The notes below the pieces were generated by a model, which saw only the letters and a program-made list of their open reading frames with translations, had not been told where the DNA came from and did not search any database. DNA of 51,349 bases, from the sequence record SRR20825006_41. One strand, 5' to 3'. Both the position numbers and the translations under genes were made by a program. Below are positions 48,998 through 51,349 of the stretch, piece by piece. Position 1 is the stretch's first letter, and each line of letters opens with the position of its first letter.

Positions 48998-49930
48998 ATG
49001 CAAGACGGAATATATGCTAAGTTTCACACGCCAAAAGGCGAAATTCTAGTGAAATTAGAACACGAAAAAACACCGGGAACGGTAGGAAACTTTGTTGCTT
49101 TAGCCGAAGGAAACCTTGAAAATTCAGCTAAAAAACAAGGAAACCCGTATTACGACGGACTGAAATTTCACCGTGTAATTCCAGATTTTATGATTCAAGG
49201 GGGATGCCCTCAAGGAACCGGAACCGGAAATCCGGGTTACCAGTTTGATGATGAGTTTGACTCAAGCTTAAAGCACGATGCTCCCGGAAAACTTTCTATG
49301 GCAAATGCCGGCCCGGGAACTAACGGAAGTCAGTTTTTTATCACACACACCGCTACTCCGTGGTTAGACGGAAAACACACTGTTTTTGGTAGCGTATTAG
49401 AAGGTCAAGATGTGGTAGATGCTATCGCCCAAGGCGACACTATGGACAAAGTAGAGATCATTCGCCAAGGCGCAGAAGCGGAAGGCTTTAATGCTGTTGA
49501 AGCATTTAGAACTTTTGAAGGAGCACGTGAAAAACGCATCGCTGAAGAACGCGAAAAACGCAAAGCCGAGCTTGACAAATTAAGCGAAGGTTTTAAAGAA
49601 ACAGAAAGCGGACTGCGTTACCAAATCATTCAAAAAGGTGATGGTAAGAAAGCTGAAAAAGGGAAAATGGTTTCTGTGCATTACAAAGGTCAGCTAGCTG
49701 ACGGTACGGTATTCGACTCTTCATATAAGAGAAATCAACCTCTGGATTTTCAAGTAGGTGTAGGTCAGGTGATTTCTGGCTGGGATGAAGGTATTGGCTT
49801 ACTTCAAGTAGGCGACAAAGCGCGTTTTGTGATTCCTTCAGATTTAGGATATGGTAGTCGCGGTGCCGGTGGTGTGATTCCACCAGATGCAATTTTAGTT
49901 TTTGACGTAGAATTAATGGACGTTAAATAA
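48998..49930 (+). CDS. Peptidyl-prolyl isomerase, cyclophilin + FKBP fusion
   Basis: [40 protein letters not shown]; then [31 protein letters not shown]. Confidence 0.95.
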   Translation: MQDGIYAKFHTPKGEILVKLEHEKTPGTVGNFVALAEGNLENSAKKQGNPYYDGLKFHRVIPDFMIQGGCPQGTGTGNPGYQFDDEFDSSLKHDAPGKLSMANAGPGTNGSQFFITHTATPWLDGKHTVFGSVLEGQDVVDAIAQGDTMDKVEIIRQGAEAEGFNAVEAFRTFEGAREKRIAEEREKRKAELDKLSEGFKETESGLRYQIIQKGDGKKAEKGKMVSVHYKGQLADGTVFDSSYKRNQPLDFQVGVGQVISGWDEGIGLLQVGDKARFVIPSDLGYGSRGAGGVIPPDAILVFDVELMDVK

Positions 49931-49952
49931 GAGACATTTTCTCAAGAATAGC

Positions 49953-49983
49953 AAAGGCTGCCTTTTTCGGGCAGCCTTTTTTT
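49953..49983 (+). terminator. Intrinsic terminator after the PPIase gene
   Basis: AAAGGCTGCC-tttttcg-GGCAGCCTTT followed by more T. Confidence 0.88.
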
Positions 49984-50082
49984 ATTGCATAAATTTTAAT
50001 TTAAAATGCTGAAAATATGCAGTTTGGTCTTCCGCTTATGATTGCTTATATTCCAAATAACTAATAACCAAAACAAATTAAA

Positions 50083-50268
50083 ATGGGAAAAGGAGATCAA
50101 AAAACTAAACGCGGAAAAATTCATCGCGGCACTTACGGTAAACTAAGACCGCGCAAGAAAAAAAGCAGTGCGACAACCGCAGATGTACCCACGAAGCAAA
50201 CGGCTACCAAAACAAAAGAGGCCGACAAAGCGACCTCTGATAAAAGTTTAGCAGACAAAAAGCCTTAG
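50083..50268 (+). CDS. thx: 30S ribosomal protein bTHX (bS31)
   Basis: [27 protein letters not shown] signature plus low-complexity tail. Confidence 0.9.
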   Translation: MGKGDQKTKRGKIHRGTYGKLRPRKKKSSATTADVPTKQTATKTKEADKATSDKSLADKKP

Positions 50269-50274
50269 AACTGA

Positions 50275-51039
50275 TTATCTAACAAATACCAATTCGTTTT
50301 TATCTAGATCGGAGTATTGCTCACTGAAGCCGTACCCGTCGTAATCAAAGCCCTTGAGTTGATCTATGGTTTGCACATCCTTATCTATAATGTAGCGCAC
50401 CATAGAACCCCGGGCTTTTTTTGCGTAAAAAGAGATGATCTTGAGTTTTCCGTTTTTGTAATCTTTAAACACAGGAGTAATGACAGGAACTTTCAATTTT
50501 TCCGGCTTCACCGATTTGAAATATTCGTTACTTGCAAGATTTAAAAACAGTTCGTCTTCTTTTAATTCAGCATTCAAAGCTTCAGTAATTTTATCGTCCC
50601 AAAAATCGTACAAGTCAGCATTACGACCTGATTTCAATTTGGTTCCCATCTCCAGACGATAGGCTTGCATGAGATCAAATGGCTTCAATACCCCATAAAG
50701 ACCAGAAAGAATACGCAACGTATCTTCTAATTTATCTAGTTTTTCAGTCGGAATCGTGTACGCATCAAGACCAGTATACACATCCCCATCAAAAGCATAA
50801 ACCGCAGGGCGCGCATTTTCTTTAGTAAATGGAGTGGAAAATTCTTTATAACGCTGGTAATTGAGATCAGCTAATTTATCGCTGATACTCATCAAATCTG
50901 AAATTTCAGCTTTGGTCTTGCGCTCTAATTTTTTATTTAACGTTTCGGCTTCCTCTAAAAACTGAGGCTGCGAACTTCTGGTAGTTGGCAATTTTGATTC
51001 AAAATCCAGCGACTTAGCCGGAGAGACAACTGCTTTCAT
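50275..51039 (-). CDS. yaaA: Peroxide stress protein YaaA (DUF328)
   Basis: [26 protein letters not shown]...[22 protein letters not shown]. Confidence 0.94.
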   Translation of the reverse strand: MKAVVSPAKSLDFESKLPTTRSSQPQFLEEAETLNKKLERKTKAEISDLMSISDKLADLNYQRYKEFSTPFTKENARPAVYAFDGDVYTGLDAYTIPTEKLDKLEDTLRILSGLYGVLKPFDLMQAYRLEMGTKLKSGRNADLYDFWDDKITEALNAELKEDELFLNLASNEYFKSVKPEKLKVPVITPVFKDYKNGKLKIISFYAKKARGSMVRYIIDKDVQTIDQLKGFDYDGYGFSEQYSDLDKNELVFVR

Positions 51040-51055
51040 ATCGTTTAATTTTCGC

Positions 51056-51063
51056 CAAAAATA
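51056..51063 (-). promoter_or_regulatory. Putative -7 box for yaaA
   Basis: Minus strand TATTTTTG 16 nt before ATG 51039. Confidence 0.5.
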
Positions 51064-51147
51064 CGCATTCGCGAAAACGTTCTAAGTCAGTTTTGATAAG
51101 TTTTAATAATTGTAGAATTTGAAAAGCAGATATCAATAGCTTCCAAC

Positions 51148-51349
51148 TTAAACTCCTACAGACCTACGCACATCACTCTCGATCAGTCCGTCTCGTAAAC
51201 GAATTACACGATGCGCATGCTCTGCAATATCCTCTTCGTGTGTAACCAAGATCACGGTATTTCCGGCAGCGTGAATCGCATCAAAAAGGCTCATAATTTC
51301 TACTGAAGTTTTAGAGTCTAGGTTTCCGGTAGGCTCATCGGCAAGAATG
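51148..51349 (-). CDS. ABC transporter ATP-binding protein (LolD/MacB-like), 3' end only
   Basis: Hand translation: [15 protein letters not shown]...[26 protein letters not shown]...stop at 51148. Not in ORF track. Confidence 0.92.
   Translation of the reverse strand, partial: ILADEPTGNLDSKTSVEIMSLFDAIHAAGNTVILVTHEEDIAEHAHRVIRLRDGLIESDVRRSVGV

Overview
Chromosomal segment that looks like Bacteroidota/Flavobacteriaceae. The evidence is TAnnTTTG -7 promoter boxes, a PorV-family gene, a cyclophilin-FKBP fusion and bTHX. The centre (~4.5-38.1 kb, almost all on the minus strand) is a ~34 kb surface-glycan locus: wza-wzc-wzm-wzt, an acetyltransferase, about 20 glycosyltransferase-like genes (10 GT2, 5 GT4, 5 atypical), neuA-neuB-neuC for CMP-sialic acid, an O-antigen ligase/Wzy_C protein and a priming sugar transferase. 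No Wzx flippase and no canonical sialyltransferase are recognisable. Housekeeping genes flank it: dnaJ (partial), grpE, yceI-family, TIGR01777, lnt on the left; recQ, kdsD, tatC, CMD, lptB, Nudix, pssA-like, PorV2-like, mnmD, DUF4920, ilvE, PPIase, thx, yaaA and a partial ABC ATPase on the right. Non-coding signals: a cruciform REP-doublet-like element between wzm and wzt, two copies of a palindromic TCCCGATAGCTATCGGGA repeat, and a palindromic sigma54-like GG-N10-GC site overlapping the housekeeping promoter of grpE-dnaJ. I saw no tRNA, rRNA, CRISPR, transposase or phage genes. All family calls come from motif recognition by eye, not database searches.
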